Shown: positions 13,590-27,750, counted from the first letter of the stretch. The stretch: DNA of 64,000 bases from Podarcis pityusensis (GCA_964106645.2 OZ067039.1); one strand, 5' to 3'. Numbers and translations are program-made. Notes: generated from the letters alone by a model not told the origin.

Positions 13590-13860
13590 GGTGACTTGAA
13601 TCAGGGAATGGTAGATGGGGAGATAACCCTTGTTGGTTTTCCTGGAGTTTTCAGCAACTTTCATTACCATTATATCATTTTGGTCCATCTCTCTCGCTTG
13701 AGACTTGGAGACTCAGTGTTATGGTGGCTTTGATTCTTTCTTGAGGGACAAGTTCAGAAGGTGGTGTTGTGGGACTTCCATCTCATGGCCTTTAGGATGC
13801 TGCAGAGGTACCATCTTATCCCCCATATGCTTTTAACATCTGTGTGTAACCACTAGAGTG
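13590..13860 (+). mobile_element. Old L2 LINE reverse-transcriptase fragment
   Basis: Decayed similarity to the L2 ORF2 'LLDLSAAFDTIDH' region and to gttcagaaggtggtgttg; frameshifted. Boundaries approximate. Confidence 0.55.
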
Positions 13861-14436
13861 TCACTCAAGGCTTGTACATGGATAGCAGGAGCATAAATCT
13901 GAAGCAGCTAGCACATGAATCACACAGCCATGTGTTTAACCTACAGGATAAAAAGTAATCCCAAAGCCAGGCATGGCTGCACCCAGTAGCAAAGCTGCCT
14001 CCTCATTTTTTCCACTCTTGAAACATGCAGAAGAATAACACACTTTTTTTTTAACCCAGAAAAAGTGTACATTTTAACAGGCTGGTGGATGCTGTTCTGC
14101 ATCTGTCATGCAAAATGGAGCCTTCCCGTTAATTCACAGAGGGAGTTGTGTGTGTCTTTAAGTGACTGCTGATAAGCTCAGCGAAGGGAGGCTGTTTTGG
14201 TGTAAACCCCTCTTTGCTTCACAGCCTTTTTTCTGATGCACATCTTAAACCTAGTTCTCACGGATAGTAAAAGATTTTAACTGTTGCATGTTTCATTGCT
14301 TTAAATGTTGCACTGCTGAAATTGTGAAGTTGCCTTGAAATTATGTATTGGGAGCATTATATAAAAATAAAATAAGCCTATGGCTGGGCTGTACAACTTG
14401 AGACTACTACACCGAGGGGCTGAAAGGATTCATCCT

Positions 14437-14438
<2 letters not shown>

Positions 14439-14470
<32 letters not shown>
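14439..14470. repeat. (TA)n microsatellite
   Basis: Directly visible. Confidence 0.95.
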
Positions 14471-14474
<4 letters not shown>

Positions 14475-16816
14475 AGCAAATCTCTCTGTGCATCAGATGT
14501 TGGGAGATGATGGTTTTGGTCTGTGAATCGCCCTGAGAGCTCCAGGTATAGGGTGGTATATTAATAATAATAATATTAATAATCCAGGCAGTCGGGCTGC
14601 AATGCTGTTGGTTTGCAAATGGCATGCTGTTCTTTCCACCTGCTCATCCCAAGGGAAGCTGTGGAAATCCTGAACAGATACATGTCTGAAGGCAGAAGCT
14701 AAATCCAGATTTGGAAGAAGTTCTGTGGGTTAGGAAGCATGCTGTTCTGGATGGAGGTATGCAATAATTTAGACAGGGCTTCACGCTCTTGAAAGTTATT
14801 GACCCAGACCATATATGATAGTACAGGTGCTACTGCTGGCTAGCCTTTTGCTAGCGGGAGTTTTGCATCTGGCCAACTAGATCTTGGAAAAAGCAGATCT
14901 TGCCTGAGTTGCACAGGCTTCAGTTAGCCATACTAGACTGCTTCACACAGGGCTGTCTTCAAAGATTATTCAACAAATTCAACTGATGCAATATTAGTAA
15001 CAATAGTGGCCTATTCATTTCTGGACTTGGCTTAAAGCACTGACCTTTGGAAATCCTAAATGTTTGGCACATTAAATCAGTGCCAGAGGACTTGCTCTCA
15101 GGTTCATTGTCATGGTGAGGGTCTTCTGAGTAGTGACCCCACATATTTGGAGCTTTCCCCTGGAAATGGTATGCATAGCTCCGGTTTTTTAAATGGATGT
15201 TTTAGTTCACCTGTTACTGAGATGTTGCATGCTGTGCTTTTAAAATTGCTGTTCTGAGTTTGGCATTGGAGTATTCTTACTTATGCGTTTAAATTTCATT
15301 ATGCTTACAGTCACATTTGTAAGTTGCCTTTGGAAGACTCTGAAAAGCAGTGTAAAAAATTCCTTAAATACATACAAAAGTTAGTTTTCTTCATTCCCAA
15401 TTGTAGTTTCCTAACTCCTTTCTCACAATTCCCATATCCTCCAATTCCCCTTACCTGTCCTCTTCCTTGCTGATACTGGAGATGATTTAGCAGGTCAGCA
15501 AAGGAAATTTTGCTACATCTGGTGCTGAAAACACAGAAACTTTTAAAGATATGATCAGTGAGGGGTTTAGGTTTAGGAGAGAGCATGGGAGAGAATGGGA
15601 ACCCCTAAAATTGCTACTTCATGATTTCATTATAGCACCGCAAATTTCAACCATTTTTCTGCTGCTTAAGGTGGAGGGAGTCATTTAGGCTCATATGTCT
15701 GGTAAAGCCCTTTAAAAGATTCGATTTTGCACCTGAGTGCCTTTTGTATACGTGGGTGTAATTGCAATTTAGCAACCACCATGGCTACTTCCAGGAGGTG
15801 CATTCTGGTTCCAGCTGTTCCATAAATTGTGGTATCAGCAAAACAAGCCTAACTCTGGCTTGGATGCAAAGAAAAAAAGTTTGCTGTGCAATTTTTCATT
15901 CCAGCAGAGTGGGATTGGGGGTGGGGTGGGGGGCAGGGAGCATAGTACCAGGCCCAACTGACAGCATCCAAGACTTGGAAAAACAGGAATTACATTTCGG
16001 CTTCATTCTGTTTCTGAAGCATTGCAACCTATTTTTGGAAAGCAGAGGAAGGCTCACCTCCAGAAAGGTTGCCCTGACTGGTGTGTTTTGCCTGCTAAAT
16101 GCCTTCCCGTGTCTTTCTTTTTATGAAATATTTTTACACTGGAAAGCAGGGATGATGGCAAAGTTATCTGAAGCTGAACTCAGAGGAGCTTTTAAAAGTC
16201 TGTTCCAAAGGGAATGGAAGCTGTACAAGACCCTGAATCATTCTCTAGCTTGGATTTTAATCCCAGCTGGATAAGTTTCACCAGCTTCCCGGGCTCACAA
16301 ATGCTTTGGGCCACCGGGATGGAGATCTTTCCTGGCCAAGCACAGCCTTTGACAGCCAGGGGCCAGGGGACCTTTGGCATGGGAAGATCAAGCTCCCCGA
16401 TCTGCGCCTACCAAATCAGTAAGCCCAACTCAGGCTTGCAGACTCTGCACAGCTCTCCGAGTTCGTCCTGGCTCCTCTGGCAGGAGCAAACCCTGAGGTG
16501 GAGCAAAATCCTGGCCACTGCCAATGGCCATGTCCCTGCAGCATTCTAAATCTCTCCTTATGCAAGCCATTGGAGCAACCCTCCTGTGTTTCCAAGACCA
16601 AATGGATTGGAAATTCAAGAGAGGAGGGAGAAACAGAATAGCTTATGTACAGCAGAAATGTTTATGTTGGATGCCCTTCCAACTCTCCCCCGAGAAGAAG
16701 CTTGGGAACGGGGTGGGAGACATCTGGCCCAGAGGAGTAGCATATTAAGCATGTAGCCCAATGGTTAATATTATGGAGAAATTAGTCCTATCTGTGTTCC
16801 GCCTTTTTTAAAATGG

Positions 16817-16817
<1 letters not shown>

Positions 16818-16850
<33 letters not shown>
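16818..16850. repeat. (CA)n microsatellite
   Basis: Directly visible. Confidence 0.95.
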
Positions 16851-16852
<2 letters not shown>

Positions 16853-17607
16853 CCACACCCTTATAATTTGCTTTTTCTGCATCCCACTCACAATAGCATA
16901 CTAACGCTTGAATTTCATTACCAGTGTGGGTATTTGGCTCCTGCTTTCTGTTTCAAATATGCTGCTTTCTGGGAAGCCCTGATTGGTAACATTATACATT
17001 GTGGTTTCTGTCGCCTGAAAAAAAAAATGTTTCCAGTGATCCTCCCCATCCAGCTGCCTCTAGCATTCTTCACAAAACTATAACACATTCAGACTTGAGG
17101 CCTTTGATAGGAACCAAGGAAGCATTTTTGATTCAGCACGCAAAATATTTTTCTGTGGGGAACAAATGCCATTGGTTCTAGTTTTGTTTCTTATAGCAAC
17201 ACCCAATCAGTTCTTTCCCTCTTTTTTTTTTTAAGTGAAGATTTAGTTTTTAGTGTGGGATTACCTCTGAAACCATTAGGAAAGACTTTGGTATTCAGAT
17301 TTGAAAAAGTTCTCTAAATGCTACCATAAAACTGTTTCTGTAATGGAAATCATTCCCTGTTCCTTTCCTCACTGCTCATGTTATAGATGTGCATTTTTAA
17401 AAAGACTGAGCAACCATTATGAGAACGAGGACACTACTATTATTTAGCCAGCAACACATAGCAGAGGTCTGTGCCTTAAACACTGATATAAACAGGGGCT
17501 TCTCTTGTGTGCTGTTTCACCATTTCTATAAGAATGAAGTTTATCAGAGAGTGGGTTTAACCTTGTTCAGATGTGCGCTACAAAATCTTCTTGAAGTTGC
17601 AAGAGTT

Positions 17608-17848
17608 CAGTGGTACCTCAGTTTAAGAACAGTCCTGTTTACAAACGATTTGGTTTATGAACTCCGCAAAACCGAAAGTAGTGTCCCGGTTTGTAAACTT
17701 TACCTTGGTGTAAGAACCGAATCTGAACGGTGGAAGGCCACTGGCGGCAGGAGACCTCATTAGGGAAAGTGTGCCTCGGTTTAAGAATGGTTTCGGTTTG
17801 AGAATGGAGTTCCGGAACGGATTAAGTCTGTAAACCAAGGTACCACTA
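17608..17848. mobile_element. Tigger-like MITE
   Basis: TIRs CAGTGGTACCTCAGTTTA / TAAACCAAGGTACCACTA with 3' TA; related to 31165-31379. Confidence 0.85.
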
Positions 17849-20800
17849 TATAGAGTTTTCCTCTAGCTACTTCCGGAGGTGGCTTTGTAGTCTGTAGATC
17901 CAAGGCAGCCTCTTTTGATTAGAGGAAAGTTGGAAACACTTGGTATGAAATATTGTATCTTGCGCAGTTGGCATTCAACAATATTTAGTTCTTTAGGAAT
18001 ATTAGAAAATTCTCTCTATGAATCATGAAAACTGTTCATGTGCATAACAGCTCAGACCAGCAGAGTCCTGATGTGTTGGTTTTAGTTGAGGGTTATGTTT
18101 TCTAATGCCACAGGTGTTTGTTTGTTTGTTTGTTTGTTTATTTGTTTGCTTTTAATACCCAGATGGCTCTGGCATTGTTTGGAAATGCAGAAGGTAGTAT
18201 TTAAAGCCTTTGACCAATCTAATGCCATTTCTTGCTCGGAGCTCTTAGATGCACAGAATAAAAAACTGCAAACTACTTGAAAAATCCATGGAAACATGAA
18301 TCAAGGTAAAATACCCTGAAGTTTCTGCATCATTATTCTCACTCCATTTACACACTGCTTTAGGGCTAAGCAAAGTTCAAATAAATAGTAGACAAGCCTT
18401 TTGAAATGATGGTGAAATGATTTAGTATCATTTGACATTTCCAGCAGACCTGGAGGTCACACAATAAGCTAACATCCATCCTAACAGTACCAGGAAACTT
18501 CACAGACCAATAAATTGTTATGATGTGATAGGATATTGATCATGTAAGGCAGGGGTGGGAACCTTTATCAGGTTTGACCTCATCAGTCTCATGATACTTT
18601 CATGACATCACATGATTGACAGGTAGGTTGTCTCACGCATTTGTCACCTTATGTGGTGTTCTGCAAAGGTCCATTCAGGGGTTTGAAAAAGGCTTATTTC
18701 TCCTCTCGCCCTGGAAGGCACATGCAACCAAAGTGAGCAGACTTTCTAAGGTGCCCTGATTTCAGAGGTTTAAAGGAGCAGTGTGAAGTAGCTCCTAAAG
18801 GGCTTTGCAAGGTACCCACACAGGAAGGACAAATTATATCAAACTGTAGATTTATTTATTTTTAATAGCCTCTGTCCTGATTCAGATGCTCAGTTTCTGG
18901 CTTTCTGAACCTTAGTTCAGTAGCTGGAGATGAGTGATGAGACCATGTACTCCCTCCTTGCCTCTCCCTGTGATTCTTCCCATTCTTGGTACTTACATCC
19001 TGGTTTAATTAAACAACTGTTGTAGTTTAACATCTGTTTCCTAACCAGGACCTCAAACCTACTTCAGCCTAAAATGGTCGTAGGTATGTATAGTTTATTT
19101 TTACGTCATGAACTTGCAAAATACATAACTCTGCTCACAAGCTGTGGTAGAATAAGAGGCTATGCCCTCTTCTGAATGTCCAAGCAACTGTGCAGAATGC
19201 TCTACAGATGAAAGGTGGGTTGGCAGGGAAATTGAAAGAGGGAGACCCCAAGAAAGAAAGAGAGCTGAAACAACAAATGAGCTCCTCTAGATTAGCTATG
19301 TGTAGTGTCTGCCAAATCTTTCAGGAAGCAGCTTTTATAAGCAGAACTAAGTTTTCCAAACTCCCTATATCCATGGTGATCTAGAGGCTGTTCCCACCAG
19401 TGTTTCCTTGAAGGGGCTGGATAGAACTGTATGGAAACAAAACTTTGCCCAAAGCCAAAGTTTTTAACTTTGGCTGTGAAATTGCTTTTGTGGAAGCTTA
19501 AGCTGAAGACCATGGCGGACTTCCAAAGGAGAAGATTTAACAGGATAAAAATGTTGAAGTTAGATTGTTATCTGCTTTCTGCCTCCCTCCCATGCTGCGC
19601 TGCTTGAGATCCTGTTAGCCTTTTTTCATCAGATTTCTTGAACACTCCCTGTAGAATCATGGCAACCTGGGGGGGAGGCATGTACTTGTGTTCTTATTTT
19701 GCTCAGGCAAAGCTTCAAGTAGAGTTCAGATGCACCCCCCTCCCCAAGACCAGTGAAAAGTTGAATCTGAACCATTACTGTCAGAGTGAGGCACTTAACC
19801 CTCATGTGCATGACGTGGTAAGTTTCAGTCTTTGGACTTCTTGGTTCATAGTGCTGTCTCTTAGCCACTGCAGTACATCACCTCAGCATAATAGAATAGT
19901 GAGTAGAATTATTAGTACAGCCTTTCGTTTGCTGCCTGGACTGTCTGGACCCAATTAACTTTGATTTTGTTTGCCATTCCACCTTATGCTGTGTCACAAC
20001 CATGCAGCCCCTGGCATACATTTAAAATTGTATTGCATTCTCTCGGAAGGATGTGTCCCTGTAACCAGCACTCACAAGGCCATTTAATTTGATGTTGACA
20101 GTAGGCCGCTGTGCCACTCTTGTGGTAAGCACTCTTTGAAGCTGTAGCCGCATTGCATATCTGCCTATTCCAGGCAACTAATTTTTCCTCCTGGAAAGAG
20201 ATGATGTCCATATGTTTAAAAGTGAACTGGAGGCCAAGCCAGACAGGGTGTAATTTGAGAGGTGATGAAAAGTGTATTTCTTTCAAAAGTGTAAAAGTGG
20301 GATGGGAAGAGAATGGTGAGGAAATACAGTCACAGTACGTAATTACATTCAAAGGTATGGCGGGTGCACTTTCTGCATAGAATGCAGCTTCTGCCAAAAG
20401 ATAACCTTGCTTCCTAAAAAAAGGTGTAGCCAGCTGAATCACTGCCCACCCTGAGTGCTGTACAGGTACAAAGAGGGATGGGACTCACCATCCAACATCT
20501 GACAGAAACCCCAGTGATGTGGGGTGGAAAGTTTTCCCTCTATCCTTAAAAATGAGTTGTTTAATAAAATTGCTTGATAAAATAAATTTTCAGGCCGCCT
20601 AGTATGACTTAGTACAATGCTTGTTAAATATGAAATCAGAGTTGCAGTTAAACTTTTCCAGGCAACTATCTCTAAGGAGAATATATATTTATGCACATAG
20701 CTCTTCATGTATGTTAGTATGTTAGCAGCCTTCGCTCCTTTGTGATGACACAAGAACTGATTTAGTTTGAAAACAGCTCGATAATTACCTAGCAGAAAGT

Positions 20801-23193
20801 CTGTCTTGACTCTTTTCAGCTGAACTTCTTTCTCTGCTCCTAGAGTTTAGCCTTATATTGTTTCCATGTAGGATTTTCCCTAATACTCTCAGATGTTGAA
20901 AAAGCAATAACCAAATGAATTGATGTAAGCAAGGAGATTGAGGAAGTTAATGTAATTGGATATTCCTGTGCAGATTTTTCTGGTGTCTTTGACATTGCCT
21001 GCTTGGGATGTGAAGCCTTACCTCTTCACTGGGGATTGTACCCATACATAGCTTTGCTGGTTTCCTTTATGTAGCATGCAACCTATTTATCTGATGTCTA
21101 AAATGACCCCAGATATTTTTGTTATAATTGCTGGAAATAGTTTTGCATTCCAACCCATGTATACTTTGAGCTTTAAATATTAAAAAAATGTGAGTGGTGG
21201 TACTTTGGCTACCCTTTAAATCACGGTACTGATGGGGGACCTTCCAGATATTGTTTGATTCTATCTCCCATTAGTCCTATTAGCCAACATGAGCAGTGAT
21301 TAGGGATGATGGAAGCTGTATTCCAGTGACATGGAGGGCCACAGGTTCAACAATATTTGGTGCTTGCCATATTGGCTACCAAAACAACTTAGCTAATTGA
21401 AATGATTGCCTTTTGGGAAACGGCTAACTTGCAGTTTCTTAAAGTGACAAACTTGAAATCTTTTAATAGTTGACTTTGTAAGGAGCGGGCTTTTAAAACA
21501 GCTATACATTATTTTGTGATTGAGAGAGAGGTTTTAAAAAGCAAATAAACAGACCTTTTCTATCCCTGCCCTTTGAATGCTCAGATAAGAAGCCTCTTGA
21601 GCAGGCATTTTGGTACATGGAACTGTCCAAGGAAGGGAATATAAATGGCTAAATGATTAAAGGATTTGCGATTGCAATCTGCCTTGTCTGTCTCTAGAAA
21701 CTGAAGTTGTTTGTTCTAATGTAGAAGTTCTTCACATATGGCATATGATGCAATTTGTGGTAGATTTACAAACCTCACCATTGCTGTGCTCTCCATCACT
21801 CCTATTTCAAAGCTTGGATGCTTAGTCCAGCTCTTTTCAACTGACCAGGATTGCTGCCTTGGAAATCCTCTGTTGTGGGAATGCAAGTGCTTATAATCCA
21901 TTTTCAGAACAGCACAAACCTAAATAGCAACATTTCCACACATTGGCATTGCCCGCTTTAGAAATAAAGACAACATTTTATACCTGAAGCTATTATACTT
22001 GCAGATGTCGAATGTAAAATTGAGAACAAATCAAATCTCATTAGGAATAAGGAAGCATATTTGTATGAGTATCTTTTAAAGGACTTGGCTTTGAACTCTT
22101 TCCTAAACACAGTGCTGATGTTTCTGTTTCTGTTTCATGGTTTTCTTTCTTGCAGAGTTGTGCTGAAAGTAAATGGCTAAATTATGCAGAAATACATTCT
22201 TTTTTTTAAAAAAAAAAGTATGGGGTCAGTTCATGTCATAAAAATGTGGCCTGAATAATTGGAGGGTGCCTGCCTCTTTCAAGATTGCTTCTTTAATATT
22301 TATGTCTCTTGGAAGGTTTTGTGTGTGGGACATTAATGGTTGCCTTTGCAAAGGAAACCGCTGCAAAGGGGAGAAGGCTACTATGGTGATTTTTTTAAAG
22401 TGTAACTGCCCTGAGACTTCAGAATAGGGCAGGGCATTCTATATAAATAAAATGCCTGCTCCTTGGAGTGGAGGGAGAAGGAGCCAGTAGCATTTCTACA
22501 TCTTAAGATGCTGGCAGAGTTCCTGTATCTGTCACTTCCCCTAGCAGTCAAGGAGAGGAGAAATTTTGTGTATATTTATGACTAGCTGGCTTCTTACAAA
22601 CTCTGCTATATACCTTTATTTAATTTATCAGGTTAAAACACGCAACTGCTCTCTATATACATAAATTGATTAGAATGTTTTTAAATATTTCTAGGAAATT
22701 TGTAATGTTCATATTTGTAAGGCTATATTAAAGGCTTGCTTGTAACTAAACTATAAACAAATCTTGACGTTACTGGAAATCCCTTGTTTGTTTGACTTGT
22801 ATGCTACTTAATACAACAAAATCTCTAAACTGTTTGCATAAAGTATGGTATCACAAGCAATAAATAAATAAATACATAATATCAAAATGCATTAGTAACC
22901 CAGTAAAATATTTCGTGAAAAATTACTACAGAAATGTTCCAGCCGTGTGATCAGAAAATAGAGACACAGAAAGGCTGAAGAAATGAGCATGTTTTTCGTA
23001 GGCATTTAAAGCCAGCACAGTGGAAGCTTCCCAAATAGTGTTCTAGACTCTGAAAGAACCTGCTTTTGTTCTATCACATTATGACACACTATAATGGTCT
23101 GGCCATCAGAGCCTTCTCTAAAGGGTGAACAGTTTGTCTGGGTCTGTACAAGGGAAGGTGGTCCTAAATTGTTTTAGCTTTAAAAGTCAGTAA

Positions 23194-24497
23194 CAAAGAA
23201 TGCTCCAACTACCGCACAATTGCACTCATTTCACACACTAGCAAGGTTATGCTTAAAATTCTACAAGGCGGGCTTAAGCAATATGTGGACCGAGAACTCC
23301 CAGAAGTGCAAGCTGGATTTCAAAGGGGCAGAGGAACCAGAGACCAAATTGCAAACATGCGCTGGATTATGGAGAAAGCTAGAGAGTTCCAGAAAGACAT
23401 CTACTTCTGCTTCATTGACTATGCAAAAGCCTTTGACTGTGTCGACCACAGCAAACTATGGCAAGTTCTTAAAGAAATGGGAGTGCCTGATCACCTCAAC
23501 TGTCTCCTGAGAAATCTCTATGTGGGACAAGAAGCTACAGTTAGAACTGGATATGGAACAACTGATTGGCTCAAAATTGGGAAAGGAGTACGGCAAGGCT
23601 GTATATTGTCTCCCTGCTTATTTAACTTATATGCAGAATTCATCATGCGAAAGGCTGAGCTGGATGAATCCCAAGCCGGAATTAAGATCGCCGGAAGAAA
23701 TATCAACAACCTCAGATATGCAGATGACACAACATTGATGGCAGAAAGTGAGGAGGAATTAAAGAAGCTTTTAATGAGGGTGAAAGAGGAGAGCGCAAAA
23801 GTTGGTCTGAAGCTCAACATCAAAAAAACGAAGATCATGGCCACTGGTCCCATCACCTCCTGGCAAATAGAAGGGGAAGAAATGGAGGCAGTGAGAGATT
23901 TTACTTTCTTGGGCTCCATGATCACTGCAGATGGTGACAGCAGCCACAAAATTAAAAGACGCCTGCTCCTTGGGAGAAAGGCGATGGCAAACCTAGACAG
24001 CATCTTAAAAAGTAGAGACATCACCTTACCAACAAAGGTCCGTATAGTTAAAGCCATGGTTTTCCCAGTAGTGATGTGTGGAAGTGAAAGCTGGACCATA
24101 AAGAAGGCTGATCGCCGAAGAATTGATGCTTTTGAATTATGGTGCTGGAGGAGACTCTTGAGAGTCCCATGGACTGCAAGAAGATCAAACCTATCCATTC
24201 TTAAGGAAATCAGCCCTGAGTGCTCACTGGAAGGACAGATCGTAAAGCTGGGGCTCCAATACTTTGGCCACCTCATGAGAAGAGAAGGCTCCCTGGAAAA
24301 GACCCTGATGTTGGGAAAGATCGAGGGCACAAGGAGAAGGGGACGACAGAGGACAAGATGGTTGGACAGTGTTCTCGAAGCTACAAACATGAGTCTGACC
24401 AAACTGTGGGAGGCAGTGGAAGACAGAAGTGCCTGGCGTGCTCTGGTCCATGGTGTCATGAAGAGTCGGACACGACTAAACGACTAAACAACAACAA
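23194..24497 (+). mobile_element. BovB (RTE-clade) LINE, 5'-truncated, with uninterrupted RT ORF (23249-24487) and (CAA)n tail
   Basis: The frame is open from KECSNYRTIALISHTSKVM through FIDYAKAFD, GVRQGCILSP and LRYADD to RRRGRQRTRWLD...WRALVHGVMKSRTRLND, which is typical of BovB. 3' end is cgactaaacaacaacaa. The endonuclease domain is missing. Confidence 0.95.
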
Positions 24498-24574
24498 AAC
24501 CTTGAAAATGACTAACGGGCAGCTGGTGCTTTTCTCTCTTTTTTAACGCAAATGACACGTGTACAGTAAGTTGC

Positions 24575-24720
24575 CTCACTCAGCACTCTAGTGCTGAATT
24601 TTGCACGAGCTGCAACCTCTGGAGCAGGTGCAAGGATCGTCCCACATATAATGCAGTGCCGTAGCCTAATTGCGAGGTTGCCAATGCGTAGGCCACAATA
24701 GACAAACTATTCCTGTACAG
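24575..24720 (-). mobile_element. L2 LINE ORF2 fragment
   Basis: The minus-strand translation ALATSQLGYGTALYVGRSLHLLQRLQLVQNSA resembles the L2 motif ALVTSRLDYCNALYVGLP...LQLVQNAA. Confidence 0.7.
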
Positions 24721-24856
24721 CAGGGGTGCACAACCTGTGGCCCTCCAGATGTTGTTGGACCACACCTCCCATCATCCCTGATCACTGGCTATGCTGGCTG
24801 GGGCTGATGGAAGTTGTAGTCCAGAAACATCGGGAGGGCTGCAGGTTGTGCACCTG
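24721..24856. mobile_element. Short palindromic hAT-type MITE (~130-bp family)
   Basis: caggggtgcacaacctgtggccctccagatgtt...aacatcgggagggctgcaggttgtgcacctg; arms self-complementary. Similar copies at ~21230-21350, 27790-27910, 57587-57720 and 60992-61125. Confidence 0.8.
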
Positions 24857-26285
24857 GTACTATACAGGAAAGGGAATATTTGTTGTGCCAGCCGAAGTTG
24901 GTAGTAGGCATTATGAGCCGCACATATCATCACCTGGGCCTCTTAATGGCTGAGATGGTTCCAGGAGCACACCCAAAGTGCATGCCTCTTTCTACAGAGA
25001 GAGTGGAACTCCATCCAGAACAGATAAATAACCCAGGTCCTGTACCTGGGGACCACTCAACCACGAGATCTTTGTCTTGTCAGGATCCATTCTCATTAAT
25101 TAGCCCCACATACAATAATAAAAATGTGGCACTAATGTTGTTTAAACTGTATCAGACCAGATTAATTGGTACAGGAAGCATAGCGGTGTGTCTTTCACCA
25201 GCTGAAAATGTGAGAGCTGTGTTCTGCTTTCTGTGAGTCCTCATAGAGCACTTGTGCTTTTCCTACTCTATTGTCTGCTGCCTTAAAAAACCCCACAAAA
25301 GTTTAAAAGAATGCAATATCTCTGGATCAAATAGAAAAGCCATAATGTTCATGGATGTGTTGAAGAAATGAACATGCATTACTGTGATTGCTTGTGCAAA
25401 TGGCTAGAGAGATTAACTGGCCATTTACTCTGATTGCTTGCATGTTTTATGTGCACATCAATAAGAAAATGTGAGTTATAAATTTTCTTTCAACTCTGGT
25501 GACTGAGTGAATCTTGGAGAGACGCCAACCCAATTGCTGTCTGAGTTCTAAATATAGAAAGAAGCACTGCTGACCCTAGTTACTGGAATATCCAGTTTCT
25601 ACCAACTGGAAAAATATAATGAAAATTCCATGATGATTTTAGTTGATGTAGTGGCACATTACATTTTATAATTTGTGGCCACAGAGAATTTGGACCAAAA
25701 TTCTTGTCAATAAAACAAGGGCCCCAGCCCCAAGATAATGAAATTTGTTCCATTGTGGATATAAGAAAGGAGTCAGCATCTTAAACTTTTCCATGAAGGA
25801 CTTCTTCACAATCTTGACTTGCTGACAGATTGATTCAAATTTCCATGTTCCTTGCTTCAGAACTGCAGCTACGATGGTGGGAAACTTCATATGGGCTGTT
25901 GAACTTGGAAGAAAAAGTTGTGAACGCCTTTTCTACTACATCATATTTTTTGAAAAGTTACTCCTTTGCGGAACTCCTGTGCAGTTGTCATTCAGGCTCT
26001 GTACACAGATTCTTCCCTCCCTGGGGTGGTTCAAACATTCAGGAGTCATCAGATCCAATTGGGGTACAGTCCTGCATGGTGCTATGCAACTTCAGAAGGC
26101 AAACAGACGGTCATTAATTTGAAAACAATTGACTATCTTAATTTCTTCTTTGAATTTGCAAAACTAGCTCGTTGGGCAAATAGATTCTAGGCTAGCTGTC
26201 TGCCCCTCCACCTGTGATAACTCTTACTAGTCAAGAGTTTGACATAAACATGCGCTCAAATGGATAAGGACAGAGTTATTTCAGC

Positions 26286-26503
26286 CAGGGCTGGCTCAAG
26301 ATTCTTTGCTGCCTGAGGTGAAGGACAATATGGCACCCTTCCCCAAGGCACATACAGAAGCCAGCTGGACTGGTGGAATTCCAATACTGATGAAAGGACA
26401 GTTTCTTCTACTGCAGCTGAAGATAGCAGGCTAGTGTAGCAGGCCACATGACACTCCAAGCTCTGTCCTCCTGAGGCAACTGTCTCACTTAGGGCCAGAC
26501 CTG
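26286..26503. mobile_element. Probable old hAT-type MITE
   Basis: Imperfect TIRs CAGGGCTGGCTC / GGGCCAGACCTG, with cctgagg motifs near both ends; no TSD seen. Confidence 0.5.
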
Positions 26504-27585
26504 TCTATAGTAAGCATCTTTGAATGTTTCCGTTGGTCCTCTCTCTTGGAGTACATACAGTGCATGTGTACATGAAAAGGAGTGTTGGCTTTCTTAGTTC
26601 AATGCCACTCACACTGGAGGAACAGCTCCCATCTTCCTTCCATCTCAAAGTATATACATTCTCACCTTACAAGCATGGCGGTTTTGAGGTCACCTATCCA
26701 AAAAGGCAGAAAAGAAAATGGAGCAAGCTTTTATGGACTGGAATCACCATTGCCTTTTTGTTCCAGCAGGAACTTCCAGACAAAGCAGTTTTACTCGTTA
26801 TGAGGGACAGGTGCACTTGTTGCAGGGAGCATCTTGGTATATCTGTGGCAAAAAGTGTAAATCACTGATACACATACTTACAATCAAGGCTTCCACACAT
26901 ATCTACAGGGGTATTTTAAGGAATACATAGCTGTGGTTTTCACCTTGGGTTTGCTGCAGGAAACTCCAGTATAACTCTGGTGTACCTGCTGCAAACAGGT
27001 TTGCTCTGTAGTATGAGTCAACAGATTAGGCTTCCTTCCCTTCTCTCTCTTTTGTTTGTTTATCTTGATTGCTGCTAACTGCTGTTTTATTTCTTATTGG
27101 TTTTTTTAAAAAAAATTGCTAGTTTTTGAGCAACATTAATAGTATTTTTTTAAAAAAAGGTGTAGTTGAAAAGGTTTTTTTAAATAAATAAATAAAAATT
27201 TATCGGTTTGCATTTCTATCCTGTCTGATAATGCACACACCCACCCTGTTCCACTATCCTTAGTCATAACTAATTTCTGTTGAAATCAACCGGGCAATGT
27301 TCCAACAGGGAAGAAGCATTCAACAAATAACACTGTGAACTTGAAAAAAGAACTAATTTATATTTTTAGAGTTTCCACAATCCCTCATGGAATGAATGGC
27401 CAGCAATCTAAAATCACAGCTATGAATGAAATTATTTTCATGGGATTATGTTAATGTGATTTGCTTCTTCCAGTGTAACATTTGCTGTGCCATGTGTCTG
27501 AGTGCCCTTATGGGATATGTCTGTGCTTGAGTCGCTGAATAAAGATAGCAATCAAGGAGTTATTTGAGAAGTGAGGTTCTAATGA

Positions 27586-27750
<165 letters not shown>

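Noticed and set aside
23518-24459. 313-aa minus-strand ORF
   Set aside because: It lies wholly antisense to the BovB RT ORF, with no recognisable domain, so it is a shadow ORF.
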